DNA from: an uncultured Eubacteriales bacterium
Lineage (GTDB): Bacteria; Bacillota; Clostridia; Oscillospirales; CAG-272
NCBI GenBank assembly: GCA_934371135.1
Contig: CAKRNO010000002.1
Location: 69,708 to 133,707 of the forward strand
DNA: 64,000 nt
Reading direction: 5' to 3'
Positions within the stretch are counted from its first letter, which is position 1, and each line of letters begins with the position of its first letter. The position numbers were made by a program, and so were the translations under genes. Shown here one piece after another: positions 8,248 through 18,121 of this stretch. The notes under the pieces were generated by a model that had not been told where the DNA came from, did not search any database, and saw only the letters and a program-made list of their open reading frames with translations.

Positions 8248-9357
8248 TCACTTCCCTCCCCGGGGGTCGGGCACCTGCTGGGTGATACAGTGGATGTTCC
8301 CCCCGCCGAAAGCGACCTCGCGGGTCATGACGCCGACCACCTCACGGTCGGGGAACATCGCCTGTACCTGCTCGCGGGCGAGCGCGTCGTTCTCGTCACC
8401 GTACTGCGGCAGAATGACCGCCCCGTTGACAATGAGGAAGTTCATATAGGACGCAATGCTCACCTCACCGTTTTTGCGCGGGATGCTCCCCTCGGCGTAG
8501 TCGATGGTCTCCGCCCCCTCGAGCAGACACGGATGCTTCGTCAGGCACAGCTTGTGCACCTTCAGCCGCCGCCCCTTGGCGTCCGTCGCCTCCGAGAGCG
8601 TGCGGTACGCTGCCTGCGCCGCCTCGTAGAACGGGTTTTCCCTGTCCTCCGTCCAGATGCACGCGACCTCGCCCGGGCGCACAAAGCACGCCACGTCGTC
8701 GATGTGCCCGTTCGTCTCGTCGGGGTCGATGCCGTCCTTCAGCCAGATGACCTTTTCGCACCCGAGATAGTCGAGGAGCATTTTTTCAATCTCCTCTTTC
8801 GTTTTGTCGGGGTTGCGCCCGGGCGAGAGCAGGCACATCTCCGTCGTCATGACGGTCCCCTCTCCGTCCACATGGATGGAGCCGCCCTCAAGGACAAAGC
8901 CCTCGGTGCGGTAGGAGTCCGCCCCCTCGATTTCGCAGATCTTCTGCGCGATCTGGTCGTCATACGCCCACGGGAAGTACAGCCCGTCGTAAAGGCCGCC
9001 CCACGCGTTGAACGTCCAGTCCACGGCGCGCAGCCCCCCGCGGCCGTCCGTGAGGAAGGTCGGGCCGCAGTCGCGCACCCACGCGTCGTCGCTCTGCAGC
9101 TCCACCACGCGCACCTCGGGCGGGAGCTTGGCGCGGGCGTTCTGGTACTGTGCGGGCGAGACGCCCACGGTGACCTTTTCAAAGGGCAGGATGGCGCGCG
9201 CCACGTTGGCAAACGCCTCCTGTGCGGGCTTGGCACCCTGCCGCCAGTTGTCCGGGCGCTCGGGCCAGAGCATCCATACCCCCGCCTGTTTTTCGTATTC
9301 TGCCGGCATACGGTAGCCGTCCTGTTTCGGGGTGGACCCGAGAATTCGTTTTGCCAT
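8248..9357 (-). CDS. aguA: Agmatine deiminase
   Basis: Trimmed to ATG 9357 (MAKRILGSTPKQDGYRMPAEYE...). The tracked 9492 start runs into the upstream gene. Guanidino-modifying fold with C-terminal GGGNIHCITQQ (catalytic Cys). Confidence 0.9.
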   Translation of the reverse strand: MAKRILGSTPKQDGYRMPAEYEKQAGVWMLWPERPDNWRQGAKPAQEAFANVARAILPFEKVTVGVSPAQYQNARAKLPPEVRVVELQSDDAWVRDCGPTFLTDGRGGLRAVDWTFNAWGGLYDGLYFPWAYDDQIAQKICEIEGADSYRTEGFVLEGGSIHVDGEGTVMTTEMCLLSPGRNPDKTKEEIEKMLLDYLGCEKVIWLKDGIDPDETNGHIDDVACFVRPGEVACIWTEDRENPFYEAAQAAYRTLSEATDAKGRRLKVHKLCLTKHPCLLEGAETIDYAEGSIPRKNGEVSIASYMNFLIVNGAVILPQYGDENDALAREQVQAMFPDREVVGVMTREVAFGGGNIHCITQQVPDPRGGK

Positions 9358-9370
9358 GTTTCCTGTCCTT

Positions 9371-10768
9371 TCAGTCCGCTTCTCTCGCGGACGCACGACC
9401 GGCGCGCAGCCGGATGAGAATTTCACCGATGACGACAGCGAGTATCGACCCTGCGGTGATGGGGAGATAGGAGGAGAGCGTGTCCCTGTCAAAGGAGAGC
9501 GGGATCGCGGTGAAGAACACCGAGAGGATGGTCAGCGCCATCGGCACATAGGCGATCCAGGCTGCCATTCTCTCTCCGCCCGGTACGCGGAAGGGGCGCT
9601 CCCGCGCCGGGTCATTCTTACGCAGGCGCAGAAATGCGGGGAACACCGGGATATACGAGAGGAGCAGCATCACGAGGTTGAGCGCGAAGAAGCTCCAGAA
9701 CAGCGAGGACGCGGGCGCGAGATATTCCATCAGCATCCCCGCGAGGCACACGACGCTCGCCACAATCCCCGAGGTCAGCGCGGCACCGATCGGCATCCCG
9801 TTTTTCTCGCGGCGCCAGGAGAACACGCGCGGCATATCGCCGCGGTCGGCGGCGTAAGCAGCGGTGGAATTGACCCCCATCGACCAGGAGATCATGTTGC
9901 CGAACAGGGTGACGAGGAAAAGGAACGCCACGAGCCCCACGAGGAACCCGCCCGTGCGCCCCGTGATGAGCGACACGGCGTCGATGAGCCCGGTGTCCGT
10001 ATTGATCTTATCGGTCGGCACCGCCGCACCGATCCCGAACGCGGAAAAGAGATAGATGACGGCGATCGCGATCCCGCCGGTGACGATGGCGAGCGGGATC
10101 TGCCGCTTCGGGCTGGTCATATTGTCGGCATAGGTGCACACCACCTCAAAGCCGAGGAAGTTGAAAATAATGACCGAGATATAGGAGAGGCTCTCGGGGC
10201 GGAAGGAGGGCAGATAGGTCACAAAGCCGCCTGCGTTCGCAAAGCCGTTGCGCGTGACATACCACACGCCGAGCACCCCGACCGTCAGGGCGAGCACCAC
10301 CTTGACGGCGGCGCTGATATTCAGGATCCAGATGCTGTCGCACACCGGGTAGAATGCGATGAGCGTCACGATCCAGATGAACGCGAGCTCCACGAGCAGG
10401 GATGCAAAGGGGTTCAGGCTCCACCCGAACATGGTCTCGAGCAGGCGCGGACATATCACGGCGAGCGACGCCATCCAGAGCGGGAAATTGATCCAGTAGT
10501 ACCATGCAACGCGCGCGCCCCACTTGGTGTCGGGGTACGCCGTATTGACCCAGTCGTAGAGCCCGCCGTCACCGACGTAGGTGGTGCCGAGCTCCGCGGC
10601 AATCATGCCATAAGGCAAAAGAAACAGCAGCATCATGAAGATCCACCAGAAATACTGGCTGTTCCCGATGGACGCGACGGGAGCCGCCGCCTCCACCACA
10701 AAGACCACGCAGATGACCGAAAGGATCACCGACGTGAGATGAAACTTCTTCGATTTGTTTTCCATCAT
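9371..10768 (-). CDS. aguD: APC-family amino acid/polyamine antiporter, probable agmatine:putrescine antiporter
   Basis: 465-aa, ~12-TM permease. Its position between the putrescine carbamoyltransferase and agmatine deiminase genes matches the aguBDAC order known from Enterococcus and Streptococcus. Confidence 0.75.
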   Translation of the reverse strand: MMENKSKKFHLTSVILSVICVVFVVEAAAPVASIGNSQYFWWIFMMLLFLLPYGMIAAELGTTYVGDGGLYDWVNTAYPDTKWGARVAWYYWINFPLWMASLAVICPRLLETMFGWSLNPFASLLVELAFIWIVTLIAFYPVCDSIWILNISAAVKVVLALTVGVLGVWYVTRNGFANAGGFVTYLPSFRPESLSYISVIIFNFLGFEVVCTYADNMTSPKRQIPLAIVTGGIAIAVIYLFSAFGIGAAVPTDKINTDTGLIDAVSLITGRTGGFLVGLVAFLFLVTLFGNMISWSMGVNSTAAYAADRGDMPRVFSWRREKNGMPIGAALTSGIVASVVCLAGMLMEYLAPASSLFWSFFALNLVMLLLSYIPVFPAFLRLRKNDPARERPFRVPGGERMAAWIAYVPMALTILSVFFTAIPLSFDRDTLSSYLPITAGSILAVVIGEILIRLRAGRASAREAD

Positions 10769-10816
10769 CCATTCCCTCCGGGAGGAGCCTGAAAAACCGG
10801 CTCCTCCCCGTTTTTA

Positions 10817-11839
10817 TCAACCGTTTTTCTTCTTGTCGATGCGCTCGTCCATGAAGCGGTCGAGCTCCTCCTTGGCGGCGGCGAGGACGACCCCGCTCGG
10901 CTTTTTTCTGTCGTGTGTGAGGTAGACGAGCAGCCCGCGCATAGCAGTCAGGCGGTTGCCTGCCTCCTCCCAGCAGAGCGATGCGTCGGAGTCCAGCACC
11001 TCGTCGGTGACGTCCTCTCCACGGGTTGCGGGCAGGCAGTGCATGAATTTGCACCCGATGTTCCCGAGCTCCATGAGCTCGCGGTTGACCTGATAGTCAT
11101 GGAACACGCGCACGCGTTCTTCCTTCGGCATTTCGTTCTCGTACAGCCCGTACCACACGTCGGTGTAGATGAAGTCGGCGCCGCGGACGCTCTCGCGGTC
11201 GTCCGTGACCTCAAAGGTACCGCCCGAGATGCGGCAGTTCTCCGCCATGATCTTTTTGTGCTCCTCCCCGAGCTGATGCCCGCGCGGTCCGTAATGGACG
11301 AAGTGCATCCCGAGCTTGGTCGTGAGGAAGCCGAGCGAGGCGCACACCTGCGTGCCGTCTCCGACGAACACCACCTTACATTCCTCCAGGCGCTTGCCGC
11401 GCGGCAGGTTTTCGAGGATGGTGCAGAGGTCACCGATCTCCTGCGTCGGGTGGTTGTAGTCCGACATACCGTTCAGCACCGGTACCGAGCACGCCTCAGC
11501 GAGCTCTACCACCGTCTTGTGTTCGATCACGCGCGCCATGACGATGTCCACGAGGTAGGAGAGCACCCTGCCCGTGTCCCCGATGGTCTCATGCCCGCCG
11601 AGCTGAATCATGCCGGGGCCGAGATACTGCGCGTGCCCGCCCATCTGGCTCATCGCCGTCTCAAAGGAGACGCGCGTGCGCGTCGAGGACTGCTGGAAGA
11701 TCATCGCCAGCGTCATGTCCTTCATGAACTGCGGGTAATACCCCGCGCGGATCGACCGCTTGATGGCGAGCGAGAGCTCCGCAATGTCGAGGATCTCCTC
11801 TTTGGTAAAATCGTTGGTATCAATAAAATCGCGTTTCAT
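10817..11839 (-). CDS. aguB: Putrescine carbamoyltransferase
   Basis: Trimmed to ATG 11839 (GGAG SD upstream). [10 protein letters not shown] carbamoyl-phosphate motif, [15 protein letters not shown] and HCLP motifs. The operon context favours PTCase over OTCase. Confidence 0.8.
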   Translation of the reverse strand: MKRDFIDTNDFTKEEILDIAELSLAIKRSIRAGYYPQFMKDMTLAMIFQQSSTRTRVSFETAMSQMGGHAQYLGPGMIQLGGHETIGDTGRVLSYLVDIVMARVIEHKTVVELAEACSVPVLNGMSDYNHPTQEIGDLCTILENLPRGKRLEECKVVFVGDGTQVCASLGFLTTKLGMHFVHYGPRGHQLGEEHKKIMAENCRISGGTFEVTDDRESVRGADFIYTDVWYGLYENEMPKEERVRVFHDYQVNRELMELGNIGCKFMHCLPATRGEDVTDEVLDSDASLCWEEAGNRLTAMRGLLVYLTHDRKKPSGVVLAAAKEELDRFMDERIDKKKNG

Positions 11840-11900
11840 ATATCTCCGTGCCTTCCGTTGTAATGATGATACTATCTTGCGGAAAAACGGCATTTTTTAT

Positions 11901-11931
11901 GCAAAAGAAAATGCGCCCTTTACAGGCGCAT
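11901..11931 (-). terminator. Terminator-like hairpin in the agu operon upstream region
   Basis: On the minus strand: ATGCGCC-N7-GGCGCAT followed by TTTCTTTTG. It lies 60-90 nt upstream of the aguB start with no upstream minus-strand gene to terminate. Confidence 0.35.
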
Positions 11932-12036
11932 GAATTTATAGTAAGATGAAAAGGTATTCCGAAAAACTTGCCGCGGGGTATGGTCCCCGCGGATCTTACA
12001 TCCCGGCGCCCGCGTGGCGCGGTCAGGAGCCTCATT

Positions 12037-12534
12037 TTGAAAAATATCATTCTCATCGGTATGCCCTCCGCCGGAAAAAGTACGGTGGGCGTGCTTCTCG
12101 CGAAAAAATGCGTCATGAATTTTCTCGACACCGACCTCCTGTTGCAGGAGGAGGGTGGCGCGAGCCTTGAGACCCTCATCGACCGCGAGGGGGAGGCGGC
12201 ATTTCTCGCCCGCGAGGGGGCGCTCCTCTCTCGTCTTACGGCGGAGAACACCGTGATCGCCACAGGCGGCAGCGCCGTCTATTCCGAGGAGGGGATGCGC
12301 CACCTCCGGGATATCGGCACCGTGCTCTACCTGAAGGTCAGTGAAGCGGAGGTCACGGCGCGGGTCGGCGACCTGCATCGCCGCGGCGTCGTCCTCCACG
12401 GCTGCCCCGACCTCGCCGCCCTTTACCGCGAGCGCACCCGTCTTTATGAAAGGTGGGCAGACGCCACCGCCGACCTCACGGGGCTCGACGCCGCCGGGGC
12501 GCTCCACGCCATGCTCGCGGCGCTCGGCGTCTGA
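12037..12534 (+). CDS. aroK: Shikimate kinase
   Basis: TTG at 12037, 7 nt after AGGAG (12025-12029). P-loop GMPSAGKST. The 165-aa size fits AroK; the tracked start at 11968 is probably too early. Confidence 0.85.
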   Translation: MKNIILIGMPSAGKSTVGVLLAKKCVMNFLDTDLLLQEEGGASLETLIDREGEAAFLAREGALLSRLTAENTVIATGGSAVYSEEGMRHLRDIGTVLYLKVSEAEVTARVGDLHRRGVVLHGCPDLAALYRERTRLYERWADATADLTGLDAAGALHAMLAALGV

Positions 12535-12639
12535 CGTCCCCTGCCCCCTCGGCGCCCCCGCATCTTGCGACCCTGCGCCTGCTTTTCTCCCGGCGCCTGT
12601 TTTTTCCCCCTGTACCCGTTTTCTTTTGATTGCAATCGG

Positions 12640-12680
12640 CAAGGCGGAGCCGCAAAAATGCGGCTCCGCCTTGTATTTTC
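12640..12680 (+). terminator. Rho-independent terminator between convergent aroK and icd
   Basis: 15-bp stem CAAGGCGGAGCCGCA / TGCGGCTCCGCCTTG followed by TATTTTCG. Confidence 0.75.
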
Positions 12681-12729
12681 GTCTGTTTTTCTGGCACCGT
12701 CTCCGGCGCTGTGTCGGGTATCTGCGCCG

Positions 12730-13896
12730 TCAGAGCCGCTCCAGCGTCTCCATGACGTAATTGCCGAAGTCCTCGCAGGTGGCGCCCGTGTCTCTCCCCG
12801 TGACGGTCAGCCGCCGCTCCTCAAAGCAGCAGATGTCGAGCGCGCGCCTGAGCCGGTCGGCGCTCTCCTGCCGCCCGATGTGGGAGAGGAGCATGACGCA
12901 GGCGCGGAGCATGGAGCAGGGGTCGGCGTACCTGCCGCGCCCCTCGGCGATCATGCGCGGCGCAGAGCCGTGGATCGCCTCGAACATGGCATACCGCTTG
13001 CCGATATTGGCACAGCCCGCCGTCCCGACCCCGCCCTGGAACTCCGCCGCTTCATCCGAGATGATATCACCGTAGAGGTTGGGGAGCAGGAGTACCTGGA
13101 AGTCGCGGCGCCGCTTCGGGTCCACGAGCTTCGCCGTCATGATGTCGGCGTACCACTCGTCCGTGGTAATCTCCGGATAGAGTGCCGCCACGCGGTGACA
13201 GTCCTCGAGAAAGTTGCCGTCCGTGGTCTTGATGATATTCGCCTTGGTCACGAGCGAAACACGGGTAAACCCGTTTTTCCGCGCGTAATCATAGGCAATG
13301 CGGGCGATGCGCTCCGACCCCTGCCGCGTCGTGACCACAAAGTCCATGGCGAGGTCGTCCGTCACGTTGAAGCCGCTGCTGCCGACCGCATACCCGCCCT
13401 CCGTGTTCTCGCGGAAGATGGTCCAGTGGATGCCCTCCGAGGGCACCTTGACGGGTCGGATATTCGCGAACAGATCGAGGGCTTTCCGCATCGCGACGTT
13501 GGCACTCTCGATGTTCGGCATTCCGCTCCCCTTCTGCGGGGTGGTGGTGGGCCCCTTGAGGATGACGTGGCAGGACTTCAGCTGTGCCATCACGTCGTCG
13601 GGGATCGCTCTGCCCGCCCTGGTCCGGTTCTCCAGTGTCAGCCCGTCGATGGGGACGAAGGCGATTTTGCCCGCCGCTACCTCCCCCGCGAGGATGTGCC
13701 GTAAGACCCGCTCCGCCTCGTGGGTGATAACGGGTCCGATCCCGTCACCGCCGCAGACGCCGATGCGGAGGGTATCCAGCACCGCATAATCGATGAAATC
13801 CCCCTGTGCCTTCATGTCCTCCACGCGCCGGAGCTGTCCCTCCATGACGCGGCGGAATTTCTCGCAGGCAGTATCCAGTTCTTTTGTATAATCCAT
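12730..13896 (-). CDS. icd: Isocitrate/isopropylmalate dehydrogenase family protein, probable isocitrate dehydrogenase
   Basis: 388 aa. NLYGDIISDEAAEFQGGVG and AMFEAIHGSAP motifs of beta-decarboxylating dehydrogenases. Follows the aconitase gene by 3 nt. Confidence 0.75.
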   Translation of the reverse strand: MDYTKELDTACEKFRRVMEGQLRRVEDMKAQGDFIDYAVLDTLRIGVCGGDGIGPVITHEAERVLRHILAGEVAAGKIAFVPIDGLTLENRTRAGRAIPDDVMAQLKSCHVILKGPTTTPQKGSGMPNIESANVAMRKALDLFANIRPVKVPSEGIHWTIFRENTEGGYAVGSSGFNVTDDLAMDFVVTTRQGSERIARIAYDYARKNGFTRVSLVTKANIIKTTDGNFLEDCHRVAALYPEITTDEWYADIMTAKLVDPKRRRDFQVLLLPNLYGDIISDEAAEFQGGVGTAGCANIGKRYAMFEAIHGSAPRMIAEGRGRYADPCSMLRACVMLLSHIGRQESADRLRRALDICCFEERRLTVTGRDTGATCEDFGNYVMETLERL

Positions 13897-13899
13897 GGG

Positions 13900-15834
13900 T
13901 CAAAGGTTCCTCTCTTTCGTCAGGTTGAGCAGACCGCCGGCGAGCAGAATCTCCCGCTGCCTGGCGGTAAAGCAGAGCCGCAGCGGTATCTCCTCCCCGG
14001 TGGTAGCGTCCGTGAGCAGCACGGTGTCCCGTGAAGCGACCGCCTCCCGGAGCGACCCGATGCGGAGCGCATCCCCTTCTGTGAGCCGGTCATAATCACC
14101 GGGGTCGGCGAGGGTCAGCGGCACGATGCCGAAGTTGATGAGATTGGCTGCATGGATGCGGGCAAAGCTTTTGGCGATCACCGCCCGGATACCGAGATAG
14201 AGCGGGACGAGGGCGGCGTGCTCCCGCGAGGAGCCCTGTCCGTAGTTCGTACCGCCGACGATGATACCCTCCCCGGCGCGTCTCGCGCGCTCCGGGAACG
14301 TCGGATCGCAGACCGTGAAGCAGTACTCCGCGAGCTTCGGGACGTTGGAGCGGTACGGCAGAATCTTCGCCCCGGCGGGCATGATGTGATCCGTTGTGAT
14401 GTTGTCCCCGACCTTGAGCACGAGTGGTGCCGCGAGCGTCTCTGCCGGAGCGACGCCGATGGGGATCGGGCGGATGTTCGGACCCCGCAGAACCTCCACC
14501 GATGCCGCCGCCTCGGGCGGCGCCGGGAGGTCGATGAGGTTATCGTTCAGGTCAAAGGTCGCGGGGAGCGTGACTTCCGGTGCCCTGCCGCAGGTCATCG
14601 GGTCTGTGAAGACGCCCCGGACGGCGCTGACCGCCGCCACCTCCGGCGAGACGAGATAGACTCTGGCATCCTTCGTCCCGCTGCGCGCCTCAAAATTGCG
14701 GTTGAAGGTGCGCAGAGAGATGCCGCCCGAGTTCGGGGAGAAGCCCATGCCGATGCACGGCCCGCAGGCACATTCGAGGATGCGCGCACCCGCTGCGATG
14801 AGATCGGCGAGTGCTCCGGTCTTTGCCAGCATGGCATAGACCTGCCGGGAGCCGGGCGAGACGGAGAGCGACACATTCGGTGCCACGGTCCTGCCGCGCA
14901 GGATGGCGGCAACCGCCAGCATATCCTGCATGGACGAATTGGTGCAGGAGCCGATGCACACCTGGTCGATCGGCATCCCCGCAAGCTCGGACACCGGCCG
15001 AACGTTGTCGGGACTGTGCGGGCAGGCGGCGAGGGGGACGAGGGACGAGAGGTCGATCGTAACCGTCTCGTCATACACGGCGTCGGCATCCGGCTGTATG
15101 GCGCGGTAGGCTCCCTCGCGCCCCTCGCGCATGAGAAATTCCCGCGTCCTCTCGTCGGAGGGAAAGAGGGAGGACGTCGCGCCGAGCTCCGCCCCCATAT
15201 TGGTGATGGTGGCGCGCTGGGGTACGGAGAGCGTCTCCACCCCCTGCCCATAGTATTCCAGAATGGCGCCGACCCCGCCCTTCACGCCGAGGCGACGCAA
15301 GACCTCGAGGATGATGTCCTTTGCGCTGACCCAGGGGCGGAGCCGCCCGGTGAGGTGCACGCCGATGATGCGCGGCATGGTGATATAGTAAGCGCCGCCC
15401 CCCATCGCCACGGCGACATCGAGCCCCCCGGCGCCCATGCCGAGCATACAGAGCCCGCCTGCGGTCGGCGTGTGGCTGTCGGAGCCGATGAGCGTCTTAC
15501 CGGGCACGCCGAAGCGTTCGAGATGCACCTGGTGACAGATGCCGTTCCCCGGACGGGAGAAACGGACGCCGTGCCGCGCGGCAACCGTGCGTATGTATCG
15601 GTGGTCGTCGGCATTTTCAAACCCCGCCTGCAGGGTGTTGTGGTCAATATAAGCGACCGAGAGCTCGGTCTTCACCTGCTCTGTGCCCATGGCTTCCAGC
15701 TGCAGATACGCCATGGTGCCGGTCGCGTCCTGCGTCAGGGTCTGGTCGATCCTGATCGCGATCTCCTCCCCGACGCGCATCTCGCCCGAGACGAGATGCG
15801 CCCTGATGATCTTCCCTGCGAGTGTCTGTCCCAT
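13900..15834 (-). CDS. acn: Aconitate hydratase
   Basis: 644 aa. Fe-S cluster ligand regions (IGSDSHT, ACGPCIG, GSCTNSS) and a C-terminal swivel domain. Confidence 0.9.
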   Translation of the reverse strand: MGQTLAGKIIRAHLVSGEMRVGEEIAIRIDQTLTQDATGTMAYLQLEAMGTEQVKTELSVAYIDHNTLQAGFENADDHRYIRTVAARHGVRFSRPGNGICHQVHLERFGVPGKTLIGSDSHTPTAGGLCMLGMGAGGLDVAVAMGGGAYYITMPRIIGVHLTGRLRPWVSAKDIILEVLRRLGVKGGVGAILEYYGQGVETLSVPQRATITNMGAELGATSSLFPSDERTREFLMREGREGAYRAIQPDADAVYDETVTIDLSSLVPLAACPHSPDNVRPVSELAGMPIDQVCIGSCTNSSMQDMLAVAAILRGRTVAPNVSLSVSPGSRQVYAMLAKTGALADLIAAGARILECACGPCIGMGFSPNSGGISLRTFNRNFEARSGTKDARVYLVSPEVAAVSAVRGVFTDPMTCGRAPEVTLPATFDLNDNLIDLPAPPEAAASVEVLRGPNIRPIPIGVAPAETLAAPLVLKVGDNITTDHIMPAGAKILPYRSNVPKLAEYCFTVCDPTFPERARRAGEGIIVGGTNYGQGSSREHAALVPLYLGIRAVIAKSFARIHAANLINFGIVPLTLADPGDYDRLTEGDALRIGSLREAVASRDTVLLTDATTGEEIPLRLCFTARQREILLAGGLLNLTKERNL

Positions 15835-15837
15835 GTC

Positions 15838-17220
15838 TTATCCTTTCGGTTTCGTGAAGTGCCCGGCGGTCAGCTCCTCGATGAGCGCCTCCAGCTCCTC
15901 CGTGCTCATGACGGTGGTTCTCCCGTCCTCATACAGACGATCGATGATCTCCTTCATCTCCACGACGATCGGAGACTGCTTGGTGACCGTATGCTCGCCC
16001 GACAGGTTGTAGTGGCTGTTGATCCAGAAAGCGATCCCCGCAAGCCCGGAGGTGGCGCTGACGGAGACGGTCGCCGGACGGTTAAGGATTGCCTCGGTGT
16101 CGAAAATGTTATAAATTTCCGCGTCCTTCATCAACCCGTCCGCGTGGATGCCCGCCCGCGTGACATTAAAGTTCTCTCCGACGAACGGCGTCATCGGCGG
16201 CACGTTGTAGTGCAGTTCCCGCTCATAGTATTCCGCAATCTCGGTGATGACCTCGGGGCGCATCCCGTCGAGCGAGCCGCGCAGTGACGCGTACTCCATG
16301 ACCATAGCTTCCAGCGGGATGTTCCCCGTCCGTTCCCCGATCCCGAGGAGCGAGCAGTTGACGGCGGAGGCACCGTACAGCCACGCCGAGCCAGCGTTGG
16401 ACACTGCCTTGTAGAAGTCGTTGTGCCCGTGCCACTCCAGCTGCTCGGACGGCACCTGCGCATAGTGATGCAGACCGTAGACAATCCCGGGCACGCTGCG
16501 CGGGAGCGAGACGCCGCCGTAGCTCACGCCCAGCCCCATCGTATCGCACATACGGATCTTGACCGGGATGCCCGCGCTCTCCGACAGCTCCGTCAGCGCG
16601 TTGACGAACGGCACGACGAAGCCGTAGAAATCCGCACGCGTGATGTCCTCCAGGTGGCACCGCGGGCGCAGCCCCGCGTCAAGCGCCTGCGCGACGACCT
16701 TGAGATAGTGCTGCATCGCCTGCGCGCGCGTCATGCCGAGCTTCTTGAAAATATGGTAGTCCGAGCAGGAGACGAGGATCCCCGTCTCACGGATGCCGAT
16801 GTCCCGGACGAGCTCGAAATCCCGCTTGTTCGCGCGGATCCAGGTCGTGATCTCCGGGAACGGGAGACCGAGGTCCTGACAGCGGCGCACCGCCTCGCGG
16901 TCCTTTTCGCTGTAGACGAAAAATTCGCTCTGCCGGATGATCCCCTGCTCGCCGCCGAGCCTGGACAACAGCCCGAACAGATGCACGATCTGATCCACCG
17001 TGTACGGCGCGCGGGACTGCTGCCCGTCGCGGAAGGTCGTGTCCGTGATCCATATCTCTTTCGGCATCTGGATGGGCACATGACGGTGGTTGAAGGGGAT
17101 CTTCGGCACCTCCGAGAAAGGATAGATCTCGCGGTACAGATTAGGGTCCGGCACATCCTGGAGCGAGTAGCGGTACTGTGATATTTCGAGTAGATTAGAC
17201 TGTTCGTTCTTATAGAGCAT
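15838..17220 (-). CDS. Homocitrate/isopropylmalate-synthase-family enzyme, probable Re-face citrate synthase
   Basis: Trimmed to ATG 17220 (GGAGGGAG SD). HMGL-like motif ITDTTFRDGQQS and HGHNDF. Clustered with aconitase and IDH, as described for the clostridial Re-citrate synthase. Confidence 0.65.
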   Translation of the reverse strand: MLYKNEQSNLLEISQYRYSLQDVPDPNLYREIYPFSEVPKIPFNHRHVPIQMPKEIWITDTTFRDGQQSRAPYTVDQIVHLFGLLSRLGGEQGIIRQSEFFVYSEKDREAVRRCQDLGLPFPEITTWIRANKRDFELVRDIGIRETGILVSCSDYHIFKKLGMTRAQAMQHYLKVVAQALDAGLRPRCHLEDITRADFYGFVVPFVNALTELSESAGIPVKIRMCDTMGLGVSYGGVSLPRSVPGIVYGLHHYAQVPSEQLEWHGHNDFYKAVSNAGSAWLYGASAVNCSLLGIGERTGNIPLEAMVMEYASLRGSLDGMRPEVITEIAEYYERELHYNVPPMTPFVGENFNVTRAGIHADGLMKDAEIYNIFDTEAILNRPATVSVSATSGLAGIAFWINSHYNLSGEHTVTKQSPIVVEMKEIIDRLYEDGRTTVMSTEELEALIEELTAGHFTKPKG

Positions 17221-17251
17221 CGGGTGCTCCCTCCTGGATAAAATATACATG

Positions 17252-17280
17252 AGTATATCATATTCCGCGTACCACGTCAA
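17252..17280 (-). promoter_or_regulatory. Sigma-A-type promoter of the citrate synthase/acn/icd operon
   Basis: On the minus strand: TTGACG (17280-17275), 17 nt, extended -10 TGATATACT (TATACT 17257-17252). Confidence 0.6.
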
Positions 17281-17443
17281 TAGACGAGAGTGCCAATTTT
17301 GCAAGTTTGAGATATTAAATATTCATTTCAAAATGCACATATAAGCGAATATCGGCATATCCTCGTCGTAGCAAGCCGCAAATTTCGTTTTTCATCGTCC
17401 GTTTCTTGCAAAAATAGCGCCCGCGCCGGTCGGCACAGACGAC

Positions 17444-17472
17444 AAAAAAAGCGCCGCCCTTAAGGGCGGCGC
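17444..17472 (-). terminator. Rho-independent terminator after rubrerythrin
   Basis: On the minus strand: GCGCCGCCC-TTAA-GGGCGGCGC followed by TTTTTTT. Confidence 0.9.
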
Positions 17473-17484
17473 CTCTCTCATTTT

Positions 17485-18018
17485 TCAGTAATTCTCTGCC
17501 CGCACTTCAAAGAAGCCCTGCGGGTGTGCGCAGACGGGGCAGACCTCCGGCGCCTTGGTACCGATGACGATATGCCCGCAGTTGCGGCACTCCCACACCT
17601 TGACCTCGCTCTTGCGGAAAACCTCGCGCGTCTCTACGTTGCGCAGCAGCGCGCGATAACGCTCCTCGTGCATCTTCTCAATGGCACCGACCATGCGGAA
17701 CCGGGCGGCGAGCGCCGTAAAGCCCTCCTCCTCCGCCTCGCGGGCAAACCGGTCATACATATCCGTCCACTCGTAGTTCTCGCTCTCGGCGGCGGCTTCC
17801 AGGTTCGCGGCGGTGTCGCCGATGCCCCCCAGCTCGCGGAACCACAGTTTGGCGTGTTCCCTTTCGTTCTCCGCCGTTTCGAGGAAGATGGCGGCGATCT
17901 GCTCGTAGCCCTCCCGCCGCGCGACCGAGGCATAATAGGTGTACTTGTTGCGTGCCTGGCTCTCGCCGGCAAATGCTTCCCAAAGGTTTTTCTCGGTTCG
18001 GGTGCCCTTCAGTTCCAT
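17485..18018 (-). CDS. rbr: Rubrerythrin
   Basis: 177 aa. Ferritin-like diiron domain ([23 protein letters not shown]) plus a C-terminal rubredoxin-like CRNCG...CPVCA. Confidence 0.95.
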   Translation of the reverse strand: MELKGTRTEKNLWEAFAGESQARNKYTYYASVARREGYEQIAAIFLETAENEREHAKLWFRELGGIGDTAANLEAAAESENYEWTDMYDRFAREAEEEGFTALAARFRMVGAIEKMHEERYRALLRNVETREVFRKSEVKVWECRNCGHIVIGTKAPEVCPVCAHPQGFFEVRAENY

Positions 18019-18093
18019 ATCATGATCTCCCCTTTACGCATAAACCGCCGATTCCGCGGCGTCCACTGCACCGCGTCGGCTCTGTGTACCTTC

Positions 18094-18121
18094 ATTATAC
18101 GGCTCTTTCGCCCTTTGTCAA
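18094..18121 (-). promoter_or_regulatory. Sigma-A-type promoter of rbr
   Basis: On the minus strand: TTGACA (18121-18116), 16 nt, TATAAT (18099-18094). Confidence 0.65.

Noticed and set aside
8248-9492. Longer N-terminal extensions offered by the ORF track for aguA, aguB, the citrate synthase homologue, rpsJ, rplF, rplE, rplC, serS, pheS, aroK, pflB, the metallophosphoesterase and others
   Set aside because: In each case the extension overlaps the upstream gene or runs into intergenic or promoter DNA. An internal start with a proper SD reproduces the conserved family N-terminus.
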